A stretch of DNA of 64,000 bases, from assembly GCA_963710755.1 (NCBI GenBank), contig CAVQBK010000004.1, forward strand, positions 96,001-160,000, in the 5' to 3' direction. The stretch comes from an uncultured bacterium. GTDB taxonomy: Bacteria; Oederibacteriota; JAAXVQ01; JAUVAV01. The notes below the pieces were generated by a model. The model saw only the letters and a program-made list of their open reading frames with translations, made no database searches and was not told where the DNA came from. The position numbers and the translations under genes are program-made. Shown here in pieces: positions 42,732 to 53,600 of this stretch (position 1 is the stretch's first letter; every line of letters begins with the position of its first letter).

Positions 42732-43706
42732 TTAATCCTGGCGGTCGGCCAGCACAATGGCCAGCGTGATTTTCTTGGTTTGCCGCAAAATAGTGACAGT
42801 GGTTTTTTCACCAATCAGGCTTTCCGCCAATATCCGTTGCAGATCATCGGAACTATTGGCGGGTTTGCCATCCAATTCAATGATGGTATCCCCAATTTTT
42901 AGTCCCGCCCGTTCCGCAGGGGTGTGCGGCTCCACGCCGCTTACCAGAACCCCATGGTCCTGATTAAGTTTGTAATACATAACCAAGCGGCGGTGCAGGG
43001 TAACGGTTTGCGCCAAAATCCCCAAAAAACCGCGCGTGATTTTCCCGTCTTTAATTAATTGTCCGGCAATGAGCTGCACCGAATTAATAGCTACTGCAAA
43101 ACAGAGGCCCTGGGCACTGCTGATCATGGCGGTGTTAATGCCAATAACCTGGCCCTGGGCGTTGACCAAGGGACCGCCCGAATTACCCGGGTTCAAGGCC
43201 GCATCCGTTTGAATGACATGGTCGATTAATTGACCTTGCGGTGTGCGCAGGGTGCGCCCCAGGGCGCTAATCACCCCAGCCGTGACCGAATGTTGAAATC
43301 CAAAAGGATTGCCAATGGCCACCACCAGTTGGCCTACCCGGATTTTATTGGAGTCTCCCAAATCGGCGGGGACCAGGTTGGGGGCATCAATGCGGATAAC
43401 AGCCAAATCCGTATAGGGATCCGTGCCGATAATTTCCGCCGGAAATTCACCGCCATCGGATAGAGTTACGATCATTTTTTCAGCAGCTTGGGCCACATGG
43501 TGGTTGGTAAAGATGAAACCGTCGGGGGTGAAAATAAACCCCGACCCGCTGCCCATTTCCAATGGTTTGGCGGTCTTGTTGGTTTTTATTAATTGAATAT
43601 GAACGACCGAAGGGCTGACCCTTTCAGCCGCCTGGACCACTGTTCGTGAATAGGCATCCAAGGCTTCCGATTCCATTTCCGATGAGGTCTCATTGAGATT
43701 ATCCAT
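42732..43706 (-). CDS. HtrA/DegS-like trypsin protease with one PDZ domain, no signal peptide
   Basis: Motifs GSGSGF, TNHHV, DLAV, QTDAALNPGNSGGPL; PDZ. Confidence 0.92.
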   Translation of the reverse strand: MDNLNETSSEMESEALDAYSRTVVQAAERVSPSVVHIQLIKTNKTAKPLEMGSGSGFIFTPDGFIFTNHHVAQAAEKMIVTLSDGGEFPAEIIGTDPYTDLAVIRIDAPNLVPADLGDSNKIRVGQLVVAIGNPFGFQHSVTAGVISALGRTLRTPQGQLIDHVIQTDAALNPGNSGGPLVNAQGQVIGINTAMISSAQGLCFAVAINSVQLIAGQLIKDGKITRGFLGILAQTVTLHRRLVMYYKLNQDHGVLVSGVEPHTPAERAGLKIGDTIIELDGKPANSSDDLQRILAESLIGEKTTVTILRQTKKITLAIVLADRQD

Positions 43707-43805
43707 GTGACAATCCTCCTTTTTATTGGACACCTCGGTTTTTGATAAATGCTTGATATGAAAATGAAGATAACCATGTGGTTATTAAAGTGGATAAAGT
43801 ACGGT

Positions 43806-44219
43806 TCAGGAGGCGCTGAGCTTTTCCAGCCAGGGCCTATAATGATGGTCCGCTCCCAGAATGTGTCCTTGCCACCAACCCTTTAAAAAGGTTAACACTT
43901 CCAGGGCTTCCGATGCACCGTAGGTATGGAATTCATCAGCGATTTGGCGGGTTTTGGTCACCATGGCTTGATGTTTCTTCTTATGCTCGTCCAAATCAGG
44001 ATAATGAGCGACAGCCAACAATGATTCTTCCGTGCTGAAATGATCACGCGTATAGGTGTAAAGTCGTGATATGATCTCCGACAAGTGGTCCTGCGCTTGA
44101 TCTTTTTGCAAGGCAAGATACAATTCATTGAGCGAGGTAAGCAAATTTTGATGGTGCTCATCCAGCAAGGGATGGTGGACACTGAATTGTTCGTTCCAGG
44201 TGACATAATCAGGAGCCAT
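43806..44219 (-). CDS. Bacteriohemerythrin
   Basis: W....SV....LD.HH, HF..EE, H...H, HI...D iron ligands. Confidence 0.92.
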   Translation of the reverse strand: MAPDYVTWNEQFSVHHPLLDEHHQNLLTSLNELYLALQKDQAQDHLSEIISRLYTYTRDHFSTEESLLAVAHYPDLDEHKKKHQAMVTKTRQIADEFHTYGASEALEVLTFLKGWWQGHILGADHHYRPWLEKLSAS

Positions 44220-44351
44220 GGGACCTCACGAAAAAGGATGATGAGAAAGCCGTTAAAAAAAGTGATGAAGAAAAATGCAGAAAAGTGTAAAATACAGCCC
44301 AATAAATTAAACCTTATTAATCATTTAATTGCAACCATTCTTGTTATCCAG

Positions 44352-44426
44352 GGCGCTATCGTCTAGGGGTTAGGACGGGTGATTCTCAGTCATCAAACCG
44401 GGGTTCGAATCCCCGTAGCGCTACCA
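44352..44426 (+). tRNA. tRNA-Glu(CTC)
   Basis: Acceptor stem GGCGCTA/TAGCGCT; anticodon loop TT CTC AG; GGTTCGAATCC; encoded CCA. Confidence 0.95.
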
Positions 44427-44643
44427 ACTCACCAAAGGTGAATTGGTAAAGCAACTAAAGACAGAAAACAGAGAAAAATAAACTTCCGTTGTGGTCAGTG
44501 TTCCGTTCTCAATTCTCACGCCCTTAAATATTTTTAGTAATTATTTTTAACTACTCCTGTCTAACACGGCCATAACCTGGCACAGGAGGCGGCCAAAGGG
44601 CATTTCTATTCGAAAAGCCGGAAGTCTGTTAAAAACCCGTTAA

Positions 44644-44847
44644 TTCCGCAGAGATCATTCCAAAACCTACCAATACCTTCCCCAAGGGCAATTATTATCT
44701 TATCGATCAATTCGTGTGGATTTAGCAGAGCGGTTTCGTATTAGTGCACCGGCGGTTACGAAATTATATTTTGAACAGGAAAAGTTATGGCTTGATGAAA
44801 AAGCCATCCGATTTAATATAAAGAAAAATTTAAATATAATTAAATAA
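44644..44847 (+). pseudogene. Start-less HTH fragment resembling the C-terminus of REP-associated tyrosine transposases
   Basis: Open frame reading GQLLSYRSIRVDLAERFRISAPAVTK...; no convincing start (only an internal GTG at 44716, no RBS); just downstream of tRNA-Glu. Confidence 0.4.
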
Positions 44848-44881
44848 GCAGGGGTCTCCCCTATGCCAATAATTCTTGCCT

Positions 44882-45436
44882 TTACATCCCCTCCGCCATG
44901 GCCAGTAAGTGCCGTACGGTTTTCCAATTTCTGGTGGTGGCCTTAACATTCAGTTTTTTCTCCAGAAAGGTATTGGATAATTTAGTTCTGCCGTAGCCTT
45001 GGGGACAATATAAATACAAACTCCGATGAGGACCACGCTGAGCTTGGGCATTGGTCTTGAGGGTTTCCACATCATGCAGCAAGTTCATATGAGGATAGCG
45101 GTCAAACAAGGCCACATGCATAAATTCCAAGGCCTGGCCGGCAACAAAGGGATTGCTGGCCACGAGCTTCTGCCATTGGCCTTTGGTCCTGGTCAGCACG
45201 GCAACGTCCATTTTAAAATGACGATGAATGGTATTTTGGATTTTGGTACGTAGCATGGGCATAGAGCTGATTTTGCTTTGAAAAACAAAGTTTCCGCTCT
45301 GGATATAAGTAGCCACCGAGTTGAGAGGGATGGCTTCCAGCAGGGGCCTCAATTCGTCCATTTTGATTTTATAGTGGCTGCCCACATTGATTCCTCGCAG
45401 CAGGCCAATATAAGTTGTCATTGTATGCCTCTTCAT
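44882..45436 (-). CDS. DUF1697 family protein
   Basis: Motifs LLRGINVG, TYIQSGN, T.RNWKT. Confidence 0.9.
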   Translation of the reverse strand: MKRHTMTTYIGLLRGINVGSHYKIKMDELRPLLEAIPLNSVATYIQSGNFVFQSKISSMPMLRTKIQNTIHRHFKMDVAVLTRTKGQWQKLVASNPFVAGQALEFMHVALFDRYPHMNLLHDVETLKTNAQAQRGPHRSLYLYCPQGYGRTKLSNTFLEKKLNVKATTRNWKTVRHLLAMAEGM

Positions 45437-45495
45437 ATTGAATCATCTTATTCCGATCATATTATTATGCACTTCTTTTTTCCTTGGGAGGAAAA

Positions 45496-45921
45496 ATGTC
45501 AACTATTGTTTGGACACCAAGGCTTGCCGTTGGCATCGAAGCCATTGATCAACAACATCAGGAACTGATCCGGCGGCTTAATCTGCTGGTGGAGGCCATG
45601 AAAAAAGGCAAAGGCAAAGACCAGGTGGAACAAGTGCTGGCGTTTTTGGAGGACTATGTCGTGATTCATTTCAAAGACGAAGAAACAGTCATGCAGCGCT
45701 ATCATTATCCCCGCGAAGATTTTGGAGAGCACCGTCAGGCCCATCGGGCTTTTGTTCGTCAGGTGCAACAGTCCAAAACTCAGTTAGCCCAGCAGGGCGT
45801 CACTTTGTCCTTCGTGGTTAATTTGCAAATGACCCTGGCCGAATGGCTTATTGATCATATTGGTAAAACCGACGTGGCCATGGCCACCTATTTAAAAACC
45901 TGTTCCGACTTTCCCAATTAA
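45496..45921 (+). CDS. Bacteriohemerythrin
   Basis: W...LAVG...ID.QH, HF.DEE, H...H, HI...D. Confidence 0.92.
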   Translation: MSTIVWTPRLAVGIEAIDQQHQELIRRLNLLVEAMKKGKGKDQVEQVLAFLEDYVVIHFKDEETVMQRYHYPREDFGEHRQAHRAFVRQVQQSKTQLAQQGVTLSFVVNLQMTLAEWLIDHIGKTDVAMATYLKTCSDFPN

Positions 45922-45951
45922 ACCAAGCGCTCGCCACTAAGGTTCTCCGGC

Positions 45952-46872
45952 TTATAGAGATGAAATCGTCTTTTTGATGCCTTCGCGGTAGGGCGTGGCC
46001 GGGAAAAAAGCTTTGGCAAAACGACTGCTGTCAAAGCGGTAAGGATGATCGTACTGATAGATCATCTCCAACGATTCCTTGGCCAGGGGATTGAAAAGAC
46101 CGGCCATGCGCAACATGAATTTGGAGATGGTGGTAAACCCGGACTTTTGATGCAAGGCTTCAGCCACCTGGGCGATGAATTCTTTCCCCGTGAGCGGCAC
46201 GGCATCCGTGGGCAAATGCCAAACTTGATTATAGGCACTGGGGGTGTTGCCCAGCAAGGCCACGGCTTTGCCCGCGTCTGGAGTGAAGGTGAAGGAATGG
46301 GGTACAGTTGCCCGGCCCAGCCAGTTGGGTTTTTTGCCGGCTTTCAAGGCTTGGAACACCATGGGGTAAACAAAAGTGTTGGCGGTATGAGGACCGTAAA
46401 AATCCGCGGACCGGGCAATGAGCGCCGTGACCTCCCCTTTGGCCATGGCCTCCTGCAGTTGACGGGCGATTAAGGCCCGTACTTCACCTTTACGGCTGCA
46501 GGGATTGTAGGGTGTCTCTTCGGTCATGGGACCATCAACCAAGCCGTACATGTATACATTGTCAAAGAAGACCAGTTTGGCTCCTTCCTGAGTACAGGCT
46601 TTGATTACATTGGTCATGATTTTAGGCCACTGTGTCTGCCAGACTTGAAGCTGATACGGCAGGCCTACTGTCAGATAAACCACCTCAGCTTTTTTCACGG
46701 CCTCCAAGCAGCATTTTTCATTGGCAATATCACAGGGAAAGACATCATCATCGGGCGCATAAGCGCGGGGGGACCGGCTAACCAGCCGGAGGCGGTCGAC
46801 ATAAGGGCGCAGGTGGGGGACCAGCTCCTTGCTTATGGTACCGCCGGCGCCAAGAATGACTTGCATTCCCAT
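45952..46872 (-). CDS. NAD-dependent epimerase/dehydratase (atypical SDR)
   Basis: Motifs ILGAGG, NVYMYG, KG.VRA, DFYGP. Confidence 0.85.
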   Translation of the reverse strand: MGMQVILGAGGTISKELVPHLRPYVDRLRLVSRSPRAYAPDDDVFPCDIANEKCCLEAVKKAEVVYLTVGLPYQLQVWQTQWPKIMTNVIKACTQEGAKLVFFDNVYMYGLVDGPMTEETPYNPCSRKGEVRALIARQLQEAMAKGEVTALIARSADFYGPHTANTFVYPMVFQALKAGKKPNWLGRATVPHSFTFTPDAGKAVALLGNTPSAYNQVWHLPTDAVPLTGKEFIAQVAEALHQKSGFTTISKFMLRMAGLFNPLAKESLEMIYQYDHPYRFDSSRFAKAFFPATPYREGIKKTISSL

Positions 46873-47237
46873 AGTGCACCTCCTGGATAAAGGCCTGGCG
46901 GGAATCCTGTCCGCACCATCAGCATGCGCCATCCTGTTTGTTATGTCAAAGACTAAACTGTCCTTTTTTATATAAAAAGTGGCTGAGATTTTGGTGCCAG
47001 CCCCGATTTTGCCTATCTTTTTGTTTTGGAAACTACCCCGTTAGGTCTATTAAGAAAGTAATTGCGAAATGGGATACTTTTAACTCCTTTTCACAAGCTG
47101 AGGCTGCCCCTATTCGGCAGCCGTATTTCGAAATAGCCTAACAAAATTAAAATAACGTGAAAAGCTCATTCTATGCAACATGGTTCTCACAAGTATGCTC
47201 TGACATTGCTTGTCAGATCAAGTTTGAGCGATTACAC

Positions 47238-47495
47238 CTACTCTTTTACCAGTGCTTCCATGTCCAGGGCCATACTTTCAAAGCGCTCTTTAATAAAACC
47301 AAGCGAATCTTCCACGCCTTTATTGTAAATCCGCAGTCCCACGGTTTGCAAAAAATGATCCAGCAGGTTTTCGGCGGCGATAATGCCGATTTCTTCATCA
47401 CGTTCTGTTTCAAAATAACCGATCAAATCCTTGATACATTTATTTTTGATTTCTTTCGAAAGCATGTCCCATTGACGTTTGATGTCAGCCATCAT
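47238..47495 (-). CDS. DUF2164 family protein
   Basis: YF..E.DEEIG...AE.LLD.F...VG..IYNKGV.D. Confidence 0.85.
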   Translation of the reverse strand: MMADIKRQWDMLSKEIKNKCIKDLIGYFETERDEEIGIIAAENLLDHFLQTVGLRIYNKGVEDSLGFIKERFESMALDMEALVKE

Positions 47496-47554
47496 TTTCC
47501 TCGCTACAGTTTCTAAGGATATAAAGGATATGGGTATCCGGTGGAAGCGACCCT

Positions 47555-48307
47555 TTAACGCCGTTCCTTGATACGTCTTTTCAATTTTTCCCAGGTTCCG
47601 GTAATCAGAAAACTTTCATCCATATACTCCGTCATCCGGGACAGTTTCACCAGGGGAACGCTGAAGGTCAGAATATCAGGCTGGACGCAAGGCCGGGCCG
47701 AAGGGTCGAACAGGCCGATAACCGCCCGGGGACGGCTGCTGTCTTTTTCAAAATAAGGATGGTGGATGATGGTGCCGCATCCCGGACCAAAAGGCGTGAA
47801 GGTGGCGTTCGGTTCGGTTTGATCGAAGTTGGCCAGCGTAAACAGGCCGGAAAGAATGTCGGGCGTGGCAAAAAAAATCGCAACGTCCGGCTGATCCGAT
47901 TCCAAAAGATGGTCCCACCGTTTGAAAATGTAATGCCGGCCGTTGACAGGAATTAATTTCTGGTTTTGCATGATGGTCTTCACCATGTCCGGGGTGCGGA
48001 TGTACCGCTCACCCTCCAAGCCGGGCTTGCCGCAGGAAAGGAAATAGTCAAAGTCCGGGCGCACCCTGGGCGCATAACCCAGATAACGTTTGGCGCCTCC
48101 ACAGGCCAGGGCCTCGGGGCCATAACACAGGGACTTGCCCTGGCGCACCTGGCTTAATTCACAAATCAAACAACTATGGCCTTTTTTTATGGGGGCTATG
48201 TCAGCTTGGCCGGTGCCTTCATCCAAATAAAACGTTATCGGTAGTTCAGCGCCGGGAAAATAGCGTTCCCATTTGGCCATAAAGTCATCTCGCAACGTAA
48301 GATCCAT
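47555..48307 (-). CDS. DUF169 family protein
   Basis: Motifs C.GA.RYLG, GERY..TP, PD.LSGLF.LA, FG.GC, G.FDPSAR. Confidence 0.8.
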   Translation of the reverse strand: MDLTLRDDFMAKWERYFPGAELPITFYLDEGTGQADIAPIKKGHSCLICELSQVRQGKSLCYGPEALACGGAKRYLGYAPRVRPDFDYFLSCGKPGLEGERYIRTPDMVKTIMQNQKLIPVNGRHYIFKRWDHLLESDQPDVAIFFATPDILSGLFTLANFDQTEPNATFTPFGPGCGTIIHHPYFEKDSSRPRAVIGLFDPSARPCVQPDILTFSVPLVKLSRMTEYMDESFLITGTWEKLKRRIKERR

Positions 48308-48520
48308 CCCTAGCTCCTCTCTGAATTAACGATAGCAATTTGGCGGTCATGTCTTTATGGGTTTAGCAGATTTGCCATACCCAAAGGTACTACCTGGTAA
48401 AATTACTTTAACAAACCTCGCGAAGACTTTTAATAGAAAAAAGTAATAAACCATACAGTGGCTGGACATGATCATAAAGAATTATGGCCCTTTCCGGGCA
48501 GATTTTCTATAATAGTTTCC

Positions 48521-49290
48521 ATGATTAATACAGACTTGTTGCAACTAGTGCTTGCTTATCTGCGCCACAGCCAAAGCATCCTGTTTATCACCGGCGCCGG
48601 TGTTTCCGCGGAATCAGGCCTGCCCACCTACCGCGGTGTTGGCGGGCTGTACAACAATGGTCTAACTGAAGAAGGCCTATCCTTTGAAGTCGCTTTATCC
48701 GGAGCTATGCTGGCCCAACAACCGCAGGTAACGTGGAAAGTATTTGATGGAGATTGAAAAGGCGGGACGGGCAGCCACTTTCAACCGGGCTCATGCGGTT
48801 ATCGCGGAGATGGAGCAACGTCTTCGAACGCGTTTGGGTGCTGACGCAGAATGTCGACGGCTTTCACAAGGCTGCCGGATCCAGGAACGTCATTGATATT
48901 CACGGGGATATGCACCACTTGGTCTGTACGGCATGCCCATTTACTCAAACCGTAAAGGATTACAGCAGCTTGCGGGAAATACCGCCCCGCTGCCCCCAGT
49001 GCGGGGCTGCCATGCGGCCCCAAGTGGTTTTCTTTGGAGAAATGCTGGATCACGATAAGGTGCGCAGGCTGAACCAGGAGGTTAGGCACGGCTTTGACTT
49101 GGTATTTACGGTGGGCACGACCAGCGTGTTTCCCTATGTTTCCTGGCCTGTGATCGATGCCAATCAAAGGGGCGCCCCCATTGTGGAAATCAATCCGGCC
49201 GGGACGAGTGTTTCCGATTTGGCGGACATCCGCATTCCCGGCAAAGCGGCGGCGGTGCTGGATGAGATATGGAAAGCCTTTCCGCACTAG
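48521..49290 (+). pseudogene. cobB: Sir2/CobB NAD-dependent deacylase split by two +1 frameshifts (about 48738 and 48821); pseudogene or assembly error
   Basis: Motifs TGAGVSAESG.PT.RG, TQNVDG.H, HG, CxxC...CxxC, RP.VV.FGE, INP. The bridging frame reads YLMEIEKAGRAATFNRAHAVIAEMEQR. Confidence 0.85.
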
Positions 49291-49349
49291 CCCTTGCCTG
49301 TGCCTGACCGTGGAAGACCAGGCACAGGGTGCGATTAATGAATCTTGGC

Positions 49350-49781
49350 TTACAGGCTGAGGTCGGCCGTCCAGTAGCCGTGTTTGTTGCAATGGCCAAT
49401 GGCCGTGATGGTGCCTTGCTGATCTTTTTTCAAATGCAGGCCCACGGCAGCCTGCAAGGCCGCGGGCGTTAATTGGGCACGGCTGATGAACACGTGATCC
49501 AGATAGACATCAATCCATTCTATGAAATGATCAGCTTCCATGGGATGAGGCACGGAGCCGACCTTCACATGCAAGTCCTTGCACACATCGGGGATCAAGC
49601 CGCAGGCATCGCTTTTGGCCAGAACAGGCACATGTTTTTCATTGCCTTCGTGGGCAGCGGGATGGATGGCATTATCATTGTTTTCGAATTTTTCCTTCTC
49701 GGCCCAGCAAACCGGACAAGTTTCCGGTGCTGCGCCAAATTCAATGTGGCCGCAAACCTGACAAACGTAAATTTTGATCAT
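49350..49781 (-). CDS. Superoxide reductase with N-terminal rubredoxin-like domain
   Basis: CQVCG...CPVC, then EKHVP, HPM...H.I.WI and CNKHG. Confidence 0.9.
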   Translation of the reverse strand: MIKIYVCQVCGHIEFGAAPETCPVCWAEKEKFENNDNAIHPAAHEGNEKHVPVLAKSDACGLIPDVCKDLHVKVGSVPHPMEADHFIEWIDVYLDHVFISRAQLTPAALQAAVGLHLKKDQQGTITAIGHCNKHGYWTADLSL

Positions 49782-50641
49782 GTGATGGTCCTCCTTTAGA
49801 TAAAAATAATGATCTTCTCGATTCTATCAAAAAATATTGTTGGCACAAATCATTTTGACCCTCCTTGCGGTCTTCTTTTTCATCCCCTCGGCTTCCATTA
49901 AAAATAACGGCTTTTTAATCAATCCCATATGCAGGCATAACAAGACTCCTTTATTACTGACTTTCTTGAGATTTTTTATCACCCATAGTTAAATCTCGCG
50001 GTGCAATAAATTGGGCAGGGGCAGTATGATTGTTGTATTTTTTTAATTTATCTCATGGTAGGTGGTCCTGCTTTGGCTTGGGCGTTCAATCCATCACCTA
50101 CGCCTGATAAAAAATTTTAGGCACATGAACGTGATATCGGTTACGACAATTACCTTTCCTTTATGCTTATAAAGGGTAATCCAAGGATTAATAGATAGAT
50201 TATTTTATCCTTTAATTTTATACATTTTACAAAATTGGCTTATTTTTGAGAAAATTTGTCTTGCCAATAATTAATTAAAGTGATAATTTTTTTTGAAAAT
50301 TAATTTGAACATTTAAAGAGTGCGGTACTTTTATTCAGCCTTAAAAGAGGTTTGTATTTAATGCTGTTGCCTTGGATTATGTGCAAAAAAAACCATCCAT
50401 TCACTATCTCTAAAAACACCCTCATATCAAAAATTAATACCCAACAACCAGTTCCAACCATTATTTCCACATTAAATATTCCAGCTATCTTCAGTGCCAT
50501 TATGAAACAGGCACTGGAGTTTAATTTAAAAATTTTAAAAAAAATGCCATCTGATTTTGAGATAACAGAGATGTCACGCTATACTTAAAAATGTTCAGCT
50601 TAAACCAGTCCCATGTATTAACTGCAAAGGAGACCCATCAC

Positions 50642-53600
50642 ATGCTGAAGTCCGGATTTTTCCTACCCTTAAGGCACCAAAAATTTAAACACTTGCTGGG
50701 CACCATCGCCCTCATGATGACGCTCAGTTTTATCTTACCTTATGTTACCTGGGCGTTTGAATCGCCGGGCACCGCAGGCTTCCTCAAAGCCGTGACGTAT
50801 GAGGGGAAGCCGATTACCATCCCAGAGAAATACGGTACCATCGAAGCAAGCTTCCAGGGTTCCAATCAAACCATCCTTTGTATCCAAGACCTCCACTGTC
50901 AATATGAAGTCCAGAAAAACATCAGCCACATTATCAGTCACCTTCATCAACAGCATCACCTTAAATTAATTGGTGAAGAAGGCGGCGCAGGCCATCTGGA
51001 CATGTCGGTGCTTAAAAAATTTCCTCTCCAGGACATCAAGGAAGGCGTGGCCGATTATTTTGTCAAACAGGGGCGCCTGACCGGCGCGGAGCAGTTCACC
51101 AGTAACACCAAGGATAAGATCGATCTGGAAGGCGTGGAGAACAAAGCCCTTTATGATCAGAGTTATGCGGACATCCAGAGTTTCCTCAATGCCGAAACCC
51201 AAGGACAGTGTTATGACCTGCGCGATGCCTTGGAAGAATTGAAACCTACCCTCTACAATCCCGCGCTCTATGAATATGATCAAAAGCGCACGGCCTACCG
51301 CAACGGCGAAATGGATTTGCTCAACTATGCCGTGAGTCTTAAAAAGGCAGCCCGGAAATATCACGTGGACACCCAAGCGTATGCCACGCTGGCCCAGTTC
51401 CTCAGGGTTCATCAGAATTATTTTTCTGGTGAGATGGACTCCAGCCGGCTTATGCAGGACATCACCCAGCTGGATCAGGATATCCGCGGCCAGCTCTACA
51501 ACAACCCCAATCAGCAGAAACTGGATCAGCTGATGGGGCAACTGGATATAATGGAAAAACTGCTCAATATCTCAGTAACCCAGGAAGAGTTGAATGAGTT
51601 CCGCACCCACCGGCAAAATTACACCATTAAAGCTTTCACGGACTTCATCAAAGCCCAGGACCGTTCGGCCGTGGAATATTTTGATACGGACCTTTATTCC
51701 CTTGATGACAAATTGAAAAAAGTCGAATCCTTTTATGATTTGGCCGACCGGCGCAGCCAAGCTTTTGTGGACAACCTGCTGGCCAAGATGAAAGAAAAAA
51801 AAGAGTCCATTGCCCTCATGGTCAATGGCGGCTTTCATATTGAGAAGATCTTGCAGGAATTAAAGAAACGCGACGTCTCCTATGTATCCATCAAGCCCAA
51901 AGTCACCAGGCAGGACATCGTCAACCCCTACTTTGATCTCTTGCAGGGCCAGAAAAGCCCGCTCGAGCGCCTGTTGGCGCAAAACCAGACCATCTTTGCG
52001 CCGCCCGTATTGCCGGCGGAACAGGCCCCGATGAACAGAATGGTAGAAAGTTTGACCGATCCGGCGGGCCTGGCCATGCTGGAAAATTTGACCAATAAAG
52101 ACCACCAAGCAACCACGGCTTATTTTGACACCTACACGGATATGGTCTGGAAAAAAGTGACCAGGGTCACCAATAAGCAAACCAACGCCAATATGGCCAT
52201 CCCCGGGGGGGTGACCGTGGTGCAGGAAACCAAGAGCGGCATGATGGCCCTGGTGGTGGATAGGGAGCATGCCCTGAAAGCAACCAGTATCTCTCCGGCC
52301 AGTGTGGACGCGTCTCTGAACAATGGCATGCAGGTGGTGGTACTGGCCAACAACCGCGATCTGGTGCAGGCCCTCAATGCCGTGAAGCCCAGCGTCACCG
52401 TGCTTGCCTATGTCCAGGACCTGCTAAGCCGCATTAATCTGCAGACCATAGCCCGCAGCCTGTGGCAGCCGGTCGCCCAGCGAGCCAGCCGTGTCTTCCA
52501 AAACCTGCAAACACAATTCACCGGCTCCTGGCAGGATTTGGCCGAAAGCATTTCATCCTGGTATCACCAGCCCAAACCGGCTTTACAAGCGATGCAAGCT
52601 TCGCCCTGGGGAAAAGCAGCCCTGGTGATCCTGGTGGCTATTGTGGACGCGGCTTTGGGCCGGAGCCTCGGTGAAACCATCATCACGGCCGGGATGGTAG
52701 GGATGGTTGAAACCATGCCTACCCGGCGCCGAGCGGATATACTCCCTTACTCACGATTAAGCAGGCAAGAACAGGACAAGTTTGAAGCGATTATCCAAGC
52801 CAATGATTGGTCCATATATCAGCAGGAATTAGTAGAACGGCTGCAAAAGATTAGGACAACGAAATTCCAGGACGAGGACGTCGCGACAGACGACTTGATT
52901 CAATTTATGAGCGATATGGGTGCTGCTATCAGAAAGGTTTTTCCTCATGACCGTATAGAACCTTATAATGCTTTTTTACACGCTGTGCGCAGACTTCGTC
53001 TTATACCCGAGACCGGTCCGGAAATGCATAAAATGCTGCTAAAAATATGTCAACGTCAATTTGACCGCTTTGCGGATAAAACCCTGCCCCTCAAGACCTT
53101 ATTGATACATAGAATAGTGCCGCCCCAATGGTATAAAAGTTCGAAATCATTGCAAGGACGGCCCATTGATTTGCCCACCGCTGAAGGTTGGCCCACCGGC
53201 GGCGGACTGGCGCATGTCATTAAAACCATTGCCGATGGGTTTGAGAATGACATGCAAACAAAGGTAAATTTTGACGCCCCGATCAGAGATCCACACGATC
53301 CCTTTAATTCCCCCTTGACGATATGGACAGTTTATTACCCCAACCAGGTGAAGACGGACGGCAATCTGGAAGCCAACAAAATGAACAAGCTGGGCATGCA
53401 GGGTATTGTGCAAGAAGAGGGCCACTATAAGTGGGTTGATGAACCGCAAAAAATAGATGAATTTTTTATCACCATGCCCAATGAGCAAAACCCTTTTAAG
53501 GTCGAAATATTCGAAGGGTATATTGATGAAAAAGGTACCCGCGTCCGGTTCATTAAACAACCGAAATTTTTACCAGTGCTCTATTCTTACGAAAGCAAAC

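Noticed and set aside
44427-49800. Prophage or integrative element at tRNA-Glu
   Set aside because: No integrase, phage genes or duplicated tRNA 3' end found.
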